Shown here: one piece after another, positions 39,076 to 49,100 of the stretch
Numbering within the stretch: the first letter of the stretch is position 1
How the letters are laid out: the number at the start of each line of letters is the position of its first letter
Assembly (NCBI GenBank): GCA_045606045.1
Contig: JAZURE010000032.1
Coordinates: 9,863 to 73,862 of the forward strand
Origin: Clostridia bacterium
Lineage (GTDB): Bacteria; Bacillota; Clostridia; UMGS1810
Direction: 5' to 3'
Length of the DNA: 64,000 bases
Program-made: the position numbers and the translations under genes
The notes under the pieces: generated by a model
Databases searched by the model: none
The model's input: only the letters and a program-made list of their open reading frames with translations
Told to the model about the DNA's origin: nothing

Positions 39076-41261
39076 TATGCAAATACAACTCCTTTTCGTT
39101 TGATTTTTTCTGCTATGAGCTCTAATAAGAGGTCTACAAAGCTATCTATGTCGCCCTTGTCGTCGGTGTTGAGGTTTTCAATATAAACAGCTTTCTCTCC
39201 GAGCTCGATTTTAACAACGAGTCGTCCCTCTCCGCTCTTTTCTGCTGCCGCAGCCATTGCGGAGGAGTAGTCCTTGTTTTCGCTTGCCGTTAAGACGCGC
39301 TCGCCTTTATGCAGCAGCGCGGGGTATTCGTCGTAAGGTACATACTCCATACCGATACGGAGGCGGGAGAGCTGCTTAATGTTAAGTCCCTTTCCGCCTA
39401 CGCCTGGTACCCAATCGGGTATTTTAATTTTGTTAAGCCCTCGGATAAAGACATTTATACCGTCAATTATCCAATTTATAGGTACCTTAAAGGCGTTTTT
39501 AATACCCTCAAATATGCTGCCGAAAATCTTAACCACAGCGTCCCAGGCTCCGCGCCAATTTCCCGTAAAGACATTTTTTACAAAGTCTATAATGCCGCTG
39601 AAAGCGTCCTTTACATTGCCAACTACTGCGCCGATACTCTCGAAAGCTCCCTTAAATACGCCGCTTAATACCTCTGCTACAAGCGAGAGAGCCGCTTTTA
39701 ACGGTGTTAATATAGTGTTTATTAACCCCGTAAATAAGCTGATAAGAGGCGGTAAAATAAGATTGAGCAAGTCGAGCAAGGGCTGCAACAATGTAAACAG
39801 AAGCTCGAGTATAGGCTGCAATATCGGCATAAAGAGCTCGAGCAGGCTAATTATTACGGGCAGTACCGCCTCGAGCAGGCTTGTAAATATCGGCATAAGC
39901 TGATTAAGCAACTGCGTTAATATAGGCAGTATCATTTCTATAATTTGCAAGATAGGCGGCAAGAGCGTTTCTATTAACTGAATAATTACGGGCAAAACAG
40001 CCTCTATAAGCTGTACCAGGATAGGCAGCACCGTATTTATAAGGTTAATTAAAACGGGCAAAATAGCGTCTATAATTTGCAAAACAAACGGTAATAACAT
40101 CTGCACAAGCTGCAATACAACGGGTAATATTGCCTGCACTATTTGCAACAGCGGAGGCAATAACGCTTGTAAGAGCTGAATAATTATAGGCAGTACGGTA
40201 TCGAGTATTTGAGTTATAAGCGGCATAAGCCCCTCTATCAAAGAAACAACAATAGGCAGCACTTGCTCTATAATTTGAATTAAAAACGGTAGGAGCTGCT
40301 GTATCAAACTCACAATAACGGGTAGTATTGCCGATATAATAGACTCAAGCGGAGGCAGTAGTGCCGATACCAAGTCCATTAGTACGGGGAAAAGCGTTTC
40401 CACGAGCGAAAACAACGGAGGTAATAGCTGCTCAAACAAGCTCGTTATAACGGGTATAAACTTGTCAAAAAGAGCTTGTATTTTCGGCAGGCTGCTTATA
40501 ATCATATCCGCTATTTTTTGGATAAGCGGTATAGCAGCTATGCCTATTCTGTTCATAAGTCCGCCGAAAGCGTCCTTAATATTGGCGATTGTATCGCCGA
40601 GCACTACGCCCGCCTTTACTGCGTCCTCCGACATTACTATACCAAGGTCGTCAGCCTCTTTTTTTAGAGCCGCCATACCCTCGGAGCCTGCGTTTAACAA
40701 CGGCAACATTTCGGTATAGCTTTTGCCGAGTAAGTCGTTACCGATTGCGTTACGCTCCGCTCCGTCCTCCATATCCGCAAGAGCTGCGGTAATTGCGTTA
40801 AATTTCTCCTCGGTTGACATTGTGTTAAGCTCGTCGAGGGAGAGTCCTAAACGCGATATAGAGGTCGCCGCAGTTTTCGAGCCGTTGTTTGCGTCGTCTA
40901 CTACATCAGACATTTTTTTAATGCCGTTTTTGAAAGAGTCTACGCTAACTCCGCTTTGGTCGGCGGCGTGTTTCCACCTTTGGAGTTCCTCTCGGTTTAT
41001 GCCCGTTCTTTCGGATAGCTTGTCGATATAGTCCGCTTGTTCTGCGGTTTTCATAGCCATACCGTAAGCGGCAGTACCAACAGCAGCAGCTCCCGTTACT
41101 ACAGCCGTACCCATTGCTACGGCTCCTTTTGCGATAGAGGAGAAAGCCGAGCCTATTTTTGAGCCGCTATTTTCCGCCTTTTTCGTAGTATTATCAATAC
41201 TGTCGTCGGCTTTTTTGTTATCTACTAAAACCTCGCCGAAAAGCGTAAATATATTTGCCAT
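39075..41261 (-). CDS. tape measure protein
   Basis: 728 aa. It is the largest gene downstream of the G/GT chaperones and has a long helical repeat region. Confidence 0.85.
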   Translation of the reverse strand: MANIFTLFGEVLVDNKKADDSIDNTTKKAENSGSKIGSAFSSIAKGAVAMGTAVVTGAAAVGTAAYGMAMKTAEQADYIDKLSERTGINREELQRWKHAADQSGVSVDSFKNGIKKMSDVVDDANNGSKTAATSISRLGLSLDELNTMSTEEKFNAITAALADMEDGAERNAIGNDLLGKSYTEMLPLLNAGSEGMAALKKEADDLGIVMSEDAVKAGVVLGDTIANIKDAFGGLMNRIGIAAIPLIQKIADMIISSLPKIQALFDKFIPVITSLFEQLLPPLFSLVETLFPVLMDLVSALLPPLESIISAILPVIVSLIQQLLPFLIQIIEQVLPIVVSLIEGLMPLITQILDTVLPIIIQLLQALLPPLLQIVQAILPVVLQLVQMLLPFVLQIIDAILPVLINLINTVLPILVQLIEAVLPVIIQLIETLLPPILQIIEMILPILTQLLNQLMPIFTSLLEAVLPVIISLLELFMPILQPILELLFTLLQPLLDLLNLILPPLISLFTGLINTILTPLKAALSLVAEVLSGVFKGAFESIGAVVGNVKDAFSGIIDFVKNVFTGNWRGAWDAVVKIFGSIFEGIKNAFKVPINWIIDGINVFIRGLNKIKIPDWVPGVGGKGLNIKQLSRLRIGMEYVPYDEYPALLHKGERVLTASENKDYSSAMAAAAEKSGEGRLVVKIELGEKAVYIENLNTDDKGDIDSFVDLLLELIAEKIKRKGVVFA
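39717..40487 (-). repeat. about 22 consecutive 11-residue (33-nt) Leu-Pro repeats within the tape measure gene
   Basis: Pro recurs every 11 residues from about residue 270 to 505 (LLPPLESIISA ILPVIVSLIQQ LLPFLIQIIEQ VLPIVVSLIEG ...). Confidence 0.8.
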
Positions 41262-41264
41262 AGG

Positions 41265-41956
41265 TTAGCCTCCTCTCTTTTTATCAGCCTCAACAAATGG
41301 CATAAGCTCCGCCATAATATCCTCGGCTGTTCTTTCTTTTTTTGCTTTGGGCTGCGGTGCGTCGGAGTCCGAAAATACGAGCTTTATAAACTCGTCGTAC
41401 TCCATAACCTCGAGCCCTGGTTTTATTTTTGATACTGCATAATTTACAAGCCATAAAGGGAAAAGCCGCTTTTCAAGCTCGAGCTTTTGAGCTTCCGCCT
41501 CCTCTTTATAGGCATAAGAAAGCAGCCCACCAAGAGCCACCAAAGGTAGACTCTCGATAAGCTGCCAATCGTAGTATTTATGCAGTAGCGTTAAGCTCCT
41601 TGCTCTACTTTCTTTCGTAGAGCACGCTTGAAAAAACTTACAACGCCCTCGTCGTGGATAAATTCGTTAATTACCTCCGCTGCGTCGAGCTTGTTCGCCT
41701 CCTCAAGGCTAACGCCTTTATAAGAGGCTACAAGGGGCGGGAGGTCGTCGGCGATTTTGCCGAGCTGCGGTGTAAGTTCCGCTACAATTTCCATAGCCAA
41801 GACTCCGACTTTTTCTTTGTCGAGTTGCTTAAAAGCCTCCTCGGCATTGTCGGGCTCTTTGAAAATGTCAACGCCTTTGAGTTTTTCAATGGCGGGTGTA
41901 ATATCGAGTTTGCCTATAATTTTAAGCAAAATAGGCATAGTACCGATTGTTAGCAT
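41265..41956 (-). CDS. tail assembly chaperone G-T fusion product via -1 programmed frameshift
   Basis: The -1 frame from the slippery site is open (hand-checked, no stops) into the ORF 41265..41543. Confidence 0.6.
41591..41956 (-). CDS. tail assembly chaperone (gpG-like)
   Basis: 121 aa located between the major tail protein and the TMP. Confidence 0.7.
   Translation of the reverse strand: MLTIGTMPILLKIIGKLDITPAIEKLKGVDIFKEPDNAEEAFKQLDKEKVGVLAMEIVAELTPQLGKIADDLPPLVASYKGVSLEEANKLDAAEVINEFIHDEGVVSFFKRALRKKVEQGA
41630..41636 (-). promoter_or_regulatory. -1 ribosomal frameshift slippery heptamer T_TTT_TTC
   Basis: The minus strand reads AGT TTT TTC AAG, 13 codons before the G stop. It is positioned as X_XXY_YYZ in the zero frame. 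Confidence 0.6.
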
Positions 41957-41981
41957 TGTGGCTCCTCCTTAAATTCTTGTA

Positions 41982-42617
41982 TTATTCCTCGTTTTCGTCG
42001 CCGTTTGCTGCGGGCTGTTCGCCCTCGTTGTTTACGGCTGCGGCTGCTGCCTCGTCGTCGGTAGGCATAACGGGCGGCTTGTCAATTTCTGTAACCTCCC
42101 ATAAATCGCCGTCGAGGTCGCTATGCTTATAGTGAGCTAAAAACTCAAAGCCGAGCTCGCCCTCTGCTTTCTGTACCGCCTTTGCAGTAAAGCCCGTTTC
42201 GTGCATAGGGTTATAAATTACAATTTTCTTATATTTGCCGCCTATGAGCTTTGCAAACATTGTAACATTCTTGAGGTACGCCTCAAGAGGAATAACGCCC
42301 GTTTTCGGGTTTTTAATTGTCTTGCCGTCGTCGCTTGTGATAGTGCAGTTAGGAATAGCAAGCGCGAGGTTTTCCTGGCTCATACAAAGAGTAGTAACCT
42401 TAATAGAGGCTCCCTGCTCCTCGATAACCTGGGCTCCCGCCGTCTTGCCGTGTTTTCCGTCAAAATCAATGTCGCGGACGGTTACAGTAGCGACAAACTC
42501 TCCGCCGCCGCGAGTCGGAGCCAGGACGCGCTCGTCTGTTTCTCCATAGTTGAGAAAAATAACCGACTCGTCAATCTGTATATTCTCAATTTGCTTTTTA
42601 GTGAGATTTGTAACCAT
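41982..42617 (-). CDS. major tail protein
   Basis: 211 aa at the position upstream of the chaperones, with an acidic C-terminal extension. Confidence 0.7.
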   Translation of the reverse strand: MVTNLTKKQIENIQIDESVIFLNYGETDERVLAPTRGGGEFVATVTVRDIDFDGKHGKTAGAQVIEEQGASIKVTTLCMSQENLALAIPNCTITSDDGKTIKNPKTGVIPLEAYLKNVTMFAKLIGGKYKKIVIYNPMHETGFTAKAVQKAEGELGFEFLAHYKHSDLDGDLWEVTEIDKPPVMPTDDEAAAAAVNNEGEQPAANGDENEE

Positions 42618-42628
42618 TGCGTTACCTC

Positions 42629-43006
42629 CTAATAGTAGAATAATCTTGCCGACATAGACAAGCGACGGTGCGCTATGTCAAATTCGCTGTCGGCTACGGT
42701 ATTTTGATTATCAAAGCCTATATGCCCGTACAAGCCAGGCGCGGCAATGATTGCATTATAAAGCCCGTTGCGGAGGTTGTCGCACGCCCTCTCGAGTTCT
42801 ACTGCTGCCTCGGGTTTCTTTTCGTCCGCCCAAACATCAATATAGAAAGAGGCGAGGTCGCCGCTTTCAAGGTCGATAATGTTAATGCCGCTTACTACCG
42901 CATACGGAAACGCCGTTTTTGTCGGTGCCTCGTCGTATGTGGTCGGCAGAATATTATTAACCCGCTCCGTAAGAGCTTTTATAAATGCCTCTGTATTTAC
43001 TTTCAT
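42629..43006 (-). CDS. tail completion/terminator-like protein
   Basis: 125 aa located between the head-closure and major tail genes. Confidence 0.5.
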   Translation of the reverse strand: MKVNTEAFIKALTERVNNILPTTYDEAPTKTAFPYAVVSGINIIDLESGDLASFYIDVWADEKKPEAAVELERACDNLRNGLYNAIIAAPGLYGHIGFDNQNTVADSEFDIAHRRLSMSARLFYY

Positions 43007-43028
43007 AGGGCGCAGCCTCCTTTCGCTT

Positions 43029-43334
43029 TTAGCTTTCGACTACTAAAGCCTGGCAAATGAGCTCGAGGCACTCGTTTTTTACAGGATATGTACGGATAAT
43101 ACGGTACATCTTGCCGTTATATTCAAAGTGTCCCTCTCCGCTATAGTCAAGCTCTTTTATCTCTACGCAAAGCTCGGGGCGGTAGCCCTGGGCTTGTGCC
43201 TGGTAAAACTCATTTCTCTTAACGCCTTTAGAATTACAAAAAACCTCGCGCTTTTCGTAGTCCTTATATGGCTTTCGGAGAGAGTCGAGCTTTTCCGTTT
43301 CAACGCACAAAAAGCCGATTTCTCGCCAATACAT
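43029..43334 (-). CDS. head-tail adaptor/head closure protein
   Basis: 101 aa. ...VFCN.KGVKRNEFYQAQAQGYRPE..... resembles SPP1 gp16-type head closure proteins. Confidence 0.6.
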   Translation of the reverse strand: MYWREIGFLCVETEKLDSLRKPYKDYEKREVFCNSKGVKRNEFYQAQAQGYRPELCVEIKELDYSGEGHFEYNGKMYRIIRTYPVKNECLELICQALVVES

Positions 43335-43336
43335 AG

Positions 43337-43636
43337 CTACGCCTCCTCGATATATTCACTTGATAGCTGCAAATGCTTTTTAAGCATATCGTAGCTGTTG
43401 CGGTACTTTTCCGCGTCCGCGTTATCGAGTCCAAACTCGGCTTTTACATAACAGACAATAGCCCGCTTTATAAGCGCGTCGCTTTCGTCCTCAACCTTTG
43501 CCGCTTTGATACCGCCTAATAGGAGGTCGGCGCGAGCCGCTCCTATTAGGTCGGTAATTTCTGCGTCAAAATGAGTATGGCTTATGCGTAGGTATCGGCG
43601 AACATCATAAACAAACTGATTTGAGATATTCGCCAT
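43337..43636 (-). CDS. head-tail connector protein (gp6-like)
   Basis: 99 aa. ...YLRI....FDAEITDLI.AA..DL....I resembles Phage_connect_1-type proteins. Confidence 0.6.
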   Translation of the reverse strand: MANISNQFVYDVRRYLRISHTHFDAEITDLIGAARADLLLGGIKAAKVEDESDALIKRAIVCYVKAEFGLDNADAEKYRNSYDMLKKHLQLSSEYIEEA

Positions 43637-43652
43637 AGGTCAGCCCTCCCGA

Positions 43653-44849
43653 TTATGCAGAGGCTTTCTTCTTGCCGTATGCAAGGGTATTAGGCTGCGC
43701 TGCGCCGCCCATAATTGTATATGCGGTGTAGTCGTTGGCGCGTTTCTTGCCCGAGCTGTCTTTTGCAATGCTGATAGCCTCAACAACATTAAGTCGATAG
43801 TAACGCTTAACATTGCCGATAACAAAGTCGCCGTCATTTAAGTACGGGTCAACCTCAACGGGGTATGTCGCAACAGACTTAACACCCACGCCGTTAATAG
43901 GTGTAAAGATGTAGTTACCGTTATCGTCCTTTGTAAATGAAATTTCCTCGACAATGGACTGTGCAACATAAATCTTTGCTCCGATTTTCTGCTTTTTGCC
44001 GAGCTTGCCGAGTGCCTCGCCGATACCGTCAAGAGCAGTACCAGTATACTCGTGCTTGATAGCCTCAACAGTTGCGCCTTTCAGTTCCTCGTTACCGCTG
44101 CCGTAAATAAGTTCAGTTACAGCCTTGTCCTGTACCTGCTCAATAAGTTCTGCGGTAATGTAGGAAATAAACTCCTCTACAGCCATTGCCTCGAGTTTCC
44201 AAGAAACACGGATTGTTTCGGAAATTTCGGACAAGCCGAGGTTAAGCTCCGCCCACTGAATAGAGCCGTCCGCTGTCTGTTCGGTTTCTTTCTTGTTCTT
44301 TGCGCCCGTTGCTGTTACCTTGTACGGGAATTTAAGCAAGCCAGGGATAGCTGTGCGTGCAGCGTCGCGGAAAATAGGAGATACAAGGCTGATAGCCTCC
44401 ATAAGCGCGGTATTGATGTCAGTAGGAATAAAGAGTCCGCCGTTGTTGATACCGTCTGCGCCCTCTGTCGCTGCTACATATTCGGTAGCCGTTGTAGTAA
44501 GCGCGGTTTCAAGTGCTCTTTTTTCTACCTCTGTCAGCTTACGCTGCATAAGAGTTTTAGCCCAAGCTGTACGATACTCGGGAGAGCCGAGGACATTTTC
44601 TCTTGTAAATGTGGGCTCCTGGGTGCTGCGGCTTGTAACGGGGTTAGTAATAGGGTTTCCTGCGACAGTTCCCGCGTTAATTCCGCCTGCAATAGTCTTT
44701 CTGCGCTCGATACCCTGCATTTCTGTATCAAGGTCGCGGAGCTCCTTTTCGATTTCGTCGAGGTTTGCGTTTGCGTCGGTTTCGAGCATAGCTCTTAACT
44801 CCGCCTTGCGAGCGTTAATTTCTGCAATTCTTTTAGTAAACATAGTCAA
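43653..44849 (-). CDS. major capsid protein, HK97 family (with N-terminal scaffold-like delta domain)
   Basis: 398 aa with a coiled-coil N-terminus, immediately downstream of the prohead protease. Confidence 0.85.
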   Translation of the reverse strand: MTMFTKRIAEINARKAELRAMLETDANANLDEIEKELRDLDTEMQGIERRKTIAGGINAGTVAGNPITNPVTSRSTQEPTFTRENVLGSPEYRTAWAKTLMQRKLTEVEKRALETALTTTATEYVAATEGADGINNGGLFIPTDINTALMEAISLVSPIFRDAARTAIPGLLKFPYKVTATGAKNKKETEQTADGSIQWAELNLGLSEISETIRVSWKLEAMAVEEFISYITAELIEQVQDKAVTELIYGSGNEELKGATVEAIKHEYTGTALDGIGEALGKLGKKQKIGAKIYVAQSIVEEISFTKDDNGNYIFTPINGVGVKSVATYPVEVDPYLNDGDFVIGNVKRYYRLNVVEAISIAKDSSGKKRANDYTAYTIMGGAAQPNTLAYGKKKASA

Positions 44850-44866
44850 ATTCTCCTTTTCTGTTT

Positions 44867-45463
44867 TTAGAGTAAAGTTTTAGCTATAAGCAACTTGCGG
44901 CGGCGGGCTTGCTCCAAAGCCTTAAACTCTTTCGAGTGCTCCTCCTCGAAAAAGCCTCGCGCTGAAATTGAGGTTTCGTTATACGCGGGAATATCCACCG
45001 CCGAAACATCATATAGCTTTTTTATTTTAGTTATCGTCCGAGTATGAGTATCGACATTGTAGCTCGACTCCTCAATAGTGAACGAAAAACTCATTTTGTC
45101 AATGTAGCCGCCTTTGATTTCTTCGTAGAGGTTGCGCCCCTCTACAGTTCCTCCCAGGTTAGCCTCTGCGTCTAACCCGTTATCGTCGATAAATAGCTGT
45201 AAAGTCTTGTTACGGAGGCGGGCTACAACCTTTCCTCCGTGATTGTAATTAAAAATTACATCACTCATATCGCAATTATCGAAAGCCCCTCGGGCTATTA
45301 CCTCGTAATACTTAACGCCGTCGCACTCAAAAAGGCAAGTAGGCGTATCGAACACAACTGCGCGTCCGTGCACAATATAGTCGGAGCCGCTTTCGGACTC
45401 GGCTTTATCGGGTGCAAGCATTTGGCTAAAATTTCGGTATTCTCTGTTTGGTTTTCTCGGCAT
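44867..45463 (-). CDS. prohead maturation protease, HK97 family
   Basis: 198 aa between the portal and capsid genes, with the ...DVSAVDIPAY... region. Confidence 0.8.
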   Translation of the reverse strand: MPRKPNREYRNFSQMLAPDKAESESGSDYIVHGRAVVFDTPTCLFECDGVKYYEVIARGAFDNCDMSDVIFNYNHGGKVVARLRNKTLQLFIDDNGLDAEANLGGTVEGRNLYEEIKGGYIDKMSFSFTIEESSYNVDTHTRTITKIKKLYDVSAVDIPAYNETSISARGFFEEEHSKEFKALEQARRRKLLIAKTLL

Positions 45464-45466
45464 TTT

Positions 45467-46747
45467 TTACTCCTCCTCTGTTTGGTTTTTGGTGCCCTCG
45501 GGTACCGCTGTCTGTGCGGTACCCTCTGCGGGCGGGGTTGTTTCTGTTTTTTCGCCTAATTGATACTCGTCGGCTTTGGCTGCATTAACCATATTGAGCG
45601 TTTGCACGCGACGCGCGCCCTCCTCGCCTCCAAGTGGTGCCATATTATAGGCAAGCAATACGCCGTCAATGGTAATAGCTCCAATATCGGCAAGAAATTT
45701 AAGCGTAGTAGTCTTGTCCGAGAGTTTCTCGTTTTGCAAGCTGTTACCCTCAAAGATAATCTCGTTACCATAGGAGGGCTCTTTACCCGAAAAGATAGCG
45801 TTTGTAAACGCCTGGGTACATTGCTCAAAAAACGGTTTAATTTCTCCGTTATAATAAGCTGCTGCCTCCTCGGGCGACTCCTTATTTTGCACGATTTTTT
45901 CGTTAGTGCCGAAATAATCGTAAATTTCGGACTTAACATACGCAAGTTGTCCCGTAGGTATAGGCGTTTGCTTGTCCGTAATAGGTGTATACTCGTACTT
46001 ATTGTCGGTAACAATAACGCCCGCTCCGTTGTTTTCCATTTTGAGGTTATCGCGTATAAACTCGTCGCGGCGGTTTTTTAAGTCCTCGTTTTTGGTGGAG
46101 GCTTGAATTTTCAAAATACCTCTAACAACAGCAATAAGTTCTGCAAACTTACTCATTGATTGATTAAAAGTGTTTGCCGTTTCAAGCACGGGGAATACGG
46201 GGCGATTATTTTCTCCGAAAATGTCATTTTCGTTAAAATGTGAGCCGATATGTATTAAGTCTGTATACGGACAAGTGTAACGATTTCCCGTTGCAAAAGT
46301 CATACGGCAATATAATTCGCCCTGGTACTCGATAAGTTCGATAGAGTTTGCGTTGATATTATAAAGAGCCTCGAGCTTTCCCGTATATTCGTTCCATACG
46401 GGGTATACGAAAGCGTTGTTATAGAGCTTGTATTGTGTGGCAAGCCTATAATAAAACTTGTATGCTGTCGTATATGGGTTAGGCTTAAACTGTAAAAGCT
46501 GATTGTATTTGCTCTTTACATCAGTTAATTTCCCCTCTCCGCGCCGTATGTGTCGCGGTTTTACCGTTGCCGCTCGGCGTGCAAAGCCGTTTACTGCGGC
46601 GCGCACCGTATTTACATCATAAGCATTGCCCGAAAAAGGGGTAAATGTCGTTTGCCAAGTGTTTAAGAGCTTGTATGTCTTAAAGGCACCCGTAACACTC
46701 TTGACTTTCCCAAAAATTTTTTGAAAAAGTCCTCTTTTTTCTTGCAT
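45467..46747 (-). CDS. portal protein, HK97 family
   Basis: 426 aa downstream of terL. Confidence 0.8.
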   Translation of the reverse strand: MQEKRGLFQKIFGKVKSVTGAFKTYKLLNTWQTTFTPFSGNAYDVNTVRAAVNGFARRAATVKPRHIRRGEGKLTDVKSKYNQLLQFKPNPYTTAYKFYYRLATQYKLYNNAFVYPVWNEYTGKLEALYNINANSIELIEYQGELYCRMTFATGNRYTCPYTDLIHIGSHFNENDIFGENNRPVFPVLETANTFNQSMSKFAELIAVVRGILKIQASTKNEDLKNRRDEFIRDNLKMENNGAGVIVTDNKYEYTPITDKQTPIPTGQLAYVKSEIYDYFGTNEKIVQNKESPEEAAAYYNGEIKPFFEQCTQAFTNAIFSGKEPSYGNEIIFEGNSLQNEKLSDKTTTLKFLADIGAITIDGVLLAYNMAPLGGEEGARRVQTLNMVNAAKADEYQLGEKTETTPPAEGTAQTAVPEGTKNQTEEE

Positions 46748-46751
46748 TTAA

Positions 46752-48404
46752 TCACCCCACATTATACATAAAATCGTCATAGTATTTGACATAGATAACC
46801 CAGGCATTAAGCAGGCTTACCGCCCCGTCGATACGGCGTTTGTCGGTTATCTTGACGGGTTGAATATTATTTAACCCGCTTTTCTTTACTGCCGTATTTG
46901 ATAAGCACCAAAGCAAAATAGGGTTATTGTTATAATTAACTATCTTGTCGGCGAGAGCTGCGCCCATTTCTCGCATAGGTTGGCTCCAAGTAAAAGGTCC
47001 CTGCGCTACGGGCTCCATAGTAAAGCCGTTGTTTTTCATTTCCTCCACCCAATAGCCCGCTAACGCTCTATCGTAGCCGACTTTGAAAGCGTCTATAGAG
47101 TGCTCGTCGCGCATTTGGCAAAACCAGGCTGTTACATCAGAAAAATTAACGCGGTTTCCGTCGCAGATAGTGAGCAAGCCCCGCTCCGCCCAAAGGCGAT
47201 ACGGTGCCTCGTTTGTGTTTTTCTCCTCCAGGTGTTCTATGCGCGCCTGCGGGAGGAAATATTGCTGCAATACATAAACCGTTTTGTCGCCTGGTTTTCT
47301 TATAAGCAGCGTAGCCGCTGTTAAGTCGGTAGTAGCCGAGAGGTCGCAGCCGCCTATAGCGTATGTATTGTATACCTCGGACATATCGAAAGTAGCAGCG
47401 TTTTTAATTTCCTCAAAGGATAACCAAACATTGCTCTCGTTTTCGCGTATGTTAAAGTCTTTACATAGTACGCCTGGTAAGTCAGCAGGGTTATTCTTTG
47501 CCCTCTCAACGAAAGCGGCAAGGGTTTTATACTGTTTGATTTTGCCGAGCCCTGGGTTTGCTTTTATCCACATTTGAGGGTTAGTCCACTCGTCGCGGCT
47601 GTCGAGCTCGTAGAGTATCGGCAAAAATGTATCGTCTTTTTTGGTACCGTCCGCGAGCTCGCAAGCAAGCTCGTACATATTGTCAAAAATACATTCGCGT
47701 ACAGTTCCCGCCGTTGTTATCATAACGACGAGGGGCTGCCTGCGGCTCGAGGTCGATTGTTTCATAACCTCGTATAGGTTTCTGTCGCGGATAGCGTGCA
47801 GTTCGTCTATAATAACAGCGTGAGAGTTCAAGCCGTCAAGCGTATTTGAGTCCGAGGCGAGAGCCTCGAAAATAGAGGAGGTAGCAGGGAAATAAACATC
47901 ATTACGACGCTTTTTTATAACCGCCCGCAGCTCGGGCGATTGCTTAATCATATTGACAGCCTCGGTCAATACCTTTTTTGCCTGGTCTTTTTTGGTCGCT
48001 ACGGAGTATATTTCCGCTGCGCCCTCATAGTCGGCAATGAGCATATATAACGCAATACCCGATAGCAGGGTAGACTTACCGTTTTTTCGTCCACACAAAA
48101 ACATAGTTTCACGAAAACGACGGTAGCCCGTTTCCTTTTCAAGCCAACCGAAAAGCAGTTGTATAAATGCTTTTTGGAATAATTCGAGCTCAAGCGGAGC
48201 TCCGATAGTTCCCTGGGATTGCTTGCAAAAGGTTTCGATAAAGAGTATAGGTCGCTCGCCCGTTTCCTCGTCGAAATAATAGGGAAAGTCGGCAGGCGGT
48301 GCCTCCATTTCTGCAATAAGTCGAGAGTAGACAGCTTTAACACGCCTACTCGTTACAATCTCGCCGCTCTCTATGCGGCTATAGTATTCTTTTACCCAAT
48401 TCAA
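46752..48404 (-). CDS. terL: terminase large subunit
   Basis: 550 aa with Walker A-like CGRKNGKS, and an AVIIDELH Walker B motif followed by a nuclease domain. Confidence 0.9.
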   Translation of the reverse strand: MNWVKEYYSRIESGEIVTSRRVKAVYSRLIAEMEAPPADFPYYFDEETGERPILFIETFCKQSQGTIGAPLELELFQKAFIQLLFGWLEKETGYRRFRETMFLCGRKNGKSTLLSGIALYMLIADYEGAAEIYSVATKKDQAKKVLTEAVNMIKQSPELRAVIKKRRNDVYFPATSSIFEALASDSNTLDGLNSHAVIIDELHAIRDRNLYEVMKQSTSSRRQPLVVMITTAGTVRECIFDNMYELACELADGTKKDDTFLPILYELDSRDEWTNPQMWIKANPGLGKIKQYKTLAAFVERAKNNPADLPGVLCKDFNIRENESNVWLSFEEIKNAATFDMSEVYNTYAIGGCDLSATTDLTAATLLIRKPGDKTVYVLQQYFLPQARIEHLEEKNTNEAPYRLWAERGLLTICDGNRVNFSDVTAWFCQMRDEHSIDAFKVGYDRALAGYWVEEMKNNGFTMEPVAQGPFTWSQPMREMGAALADKIVNYNNNPILLWCLSNTAVKKSGLNNIQPVKITDKRRIDGAVSLLNAWVIYVKYYDDFMYNVG

Positions 48405-48769
48405 GGCTTTTTCGGTACCTTGTTCGGTTTAGTAGCAAACATCATAAGAGCCTGCCCCGCTTTGTCCGCCTCGGAGTTTGGCTCGAGGTCGGAGAGCTGT
48501 TTAATGGTGGCATTATAATTCTTTACCATTGCGTTATAAGGCTGTAAAAGAGGGTGCGCTCTTTCGATTTTGTACGCGCCCTGCGGCATTTCAACGACGA
48601 GTCCGTCCTCGTTGATTTTTGCCTCCATATCCTCCAAAGAAACGAGCATATAAGCGGCTCGTTCAATCAATTTTTTCGCGATTTCGAGCTGTTCTTTGGG
48701 TAGATTTTTGTATATTTTCTTAATTCTGTTCTGCTCTTTCTTTTGTCGCGCATATAATGTAGACTCCAC
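48401..48769 (-). CDS. terS: terminase small subunit (P27-like)
   Basis: 122 aa that overlaps the terL start. Confidence 0.65.
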   Translation of the reverse strand: MESTLYARQKKEQNRIKKIYKNLPKEQLEIAKKLIERAAYMLVSLEDMEAKINEDGLVVEMPQGAYKIERAHPLLQPYNAMVKNYNATIKQLSDLEPNSEADKAGQALMMFATKPNKVPKKP

Positions 48770-48863
48770 TTAAAAACTCCTTTCTTTTGGTTTTGGGTAG
48801 GGGGGTAATGCACACAAGGGGCGGTCATAAAAGGGGCTTAAACACGGTTCATAAAATACAAGG

Positions 48864-49100
48864 TCAAACTTTTTTAACGGGGGGGATAGTTTGCTCTTGT
48901 GCGCCTGCTTTGTGTACCTCGATAGCAACAACATTGATAGCGTTAAGTATTAACTTTGTGCCCTCTACGGTATCGAGTAATACTGTGCCCTCCTCAAGCG
49001 CAGTAGCGAGCCGCTCTTGAAAGTCGTCTGTAGTTGCCTCGACATTGAAAGACAATGCCGCATTGCTTGTATATATAATTATCTCGCATACTTTGCTCAT
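48864..49100 (-). CDS. hypothetical protein
   Basis: 78-aa ORF between the HNH and terS genes. Confidence 0.45.
   Translation of the reverse strand: MSKVCEIIIYTSNAALSFNVEATTDDFQERLATALEEGTVLLDTVEGTKLILNAINVVAIEVHKAGAQEQTIPPVKKV

Noticed and set aside
39309-41031. Several plus-strand ORFs (63-174 aa) inside the tape measure gene, and similar ones inside the capsid, portal and terL genes.
   Set aside because: These are antisense artefacts of long phage genes. All real prophage genes except 26676..26969 are on the minus strand.
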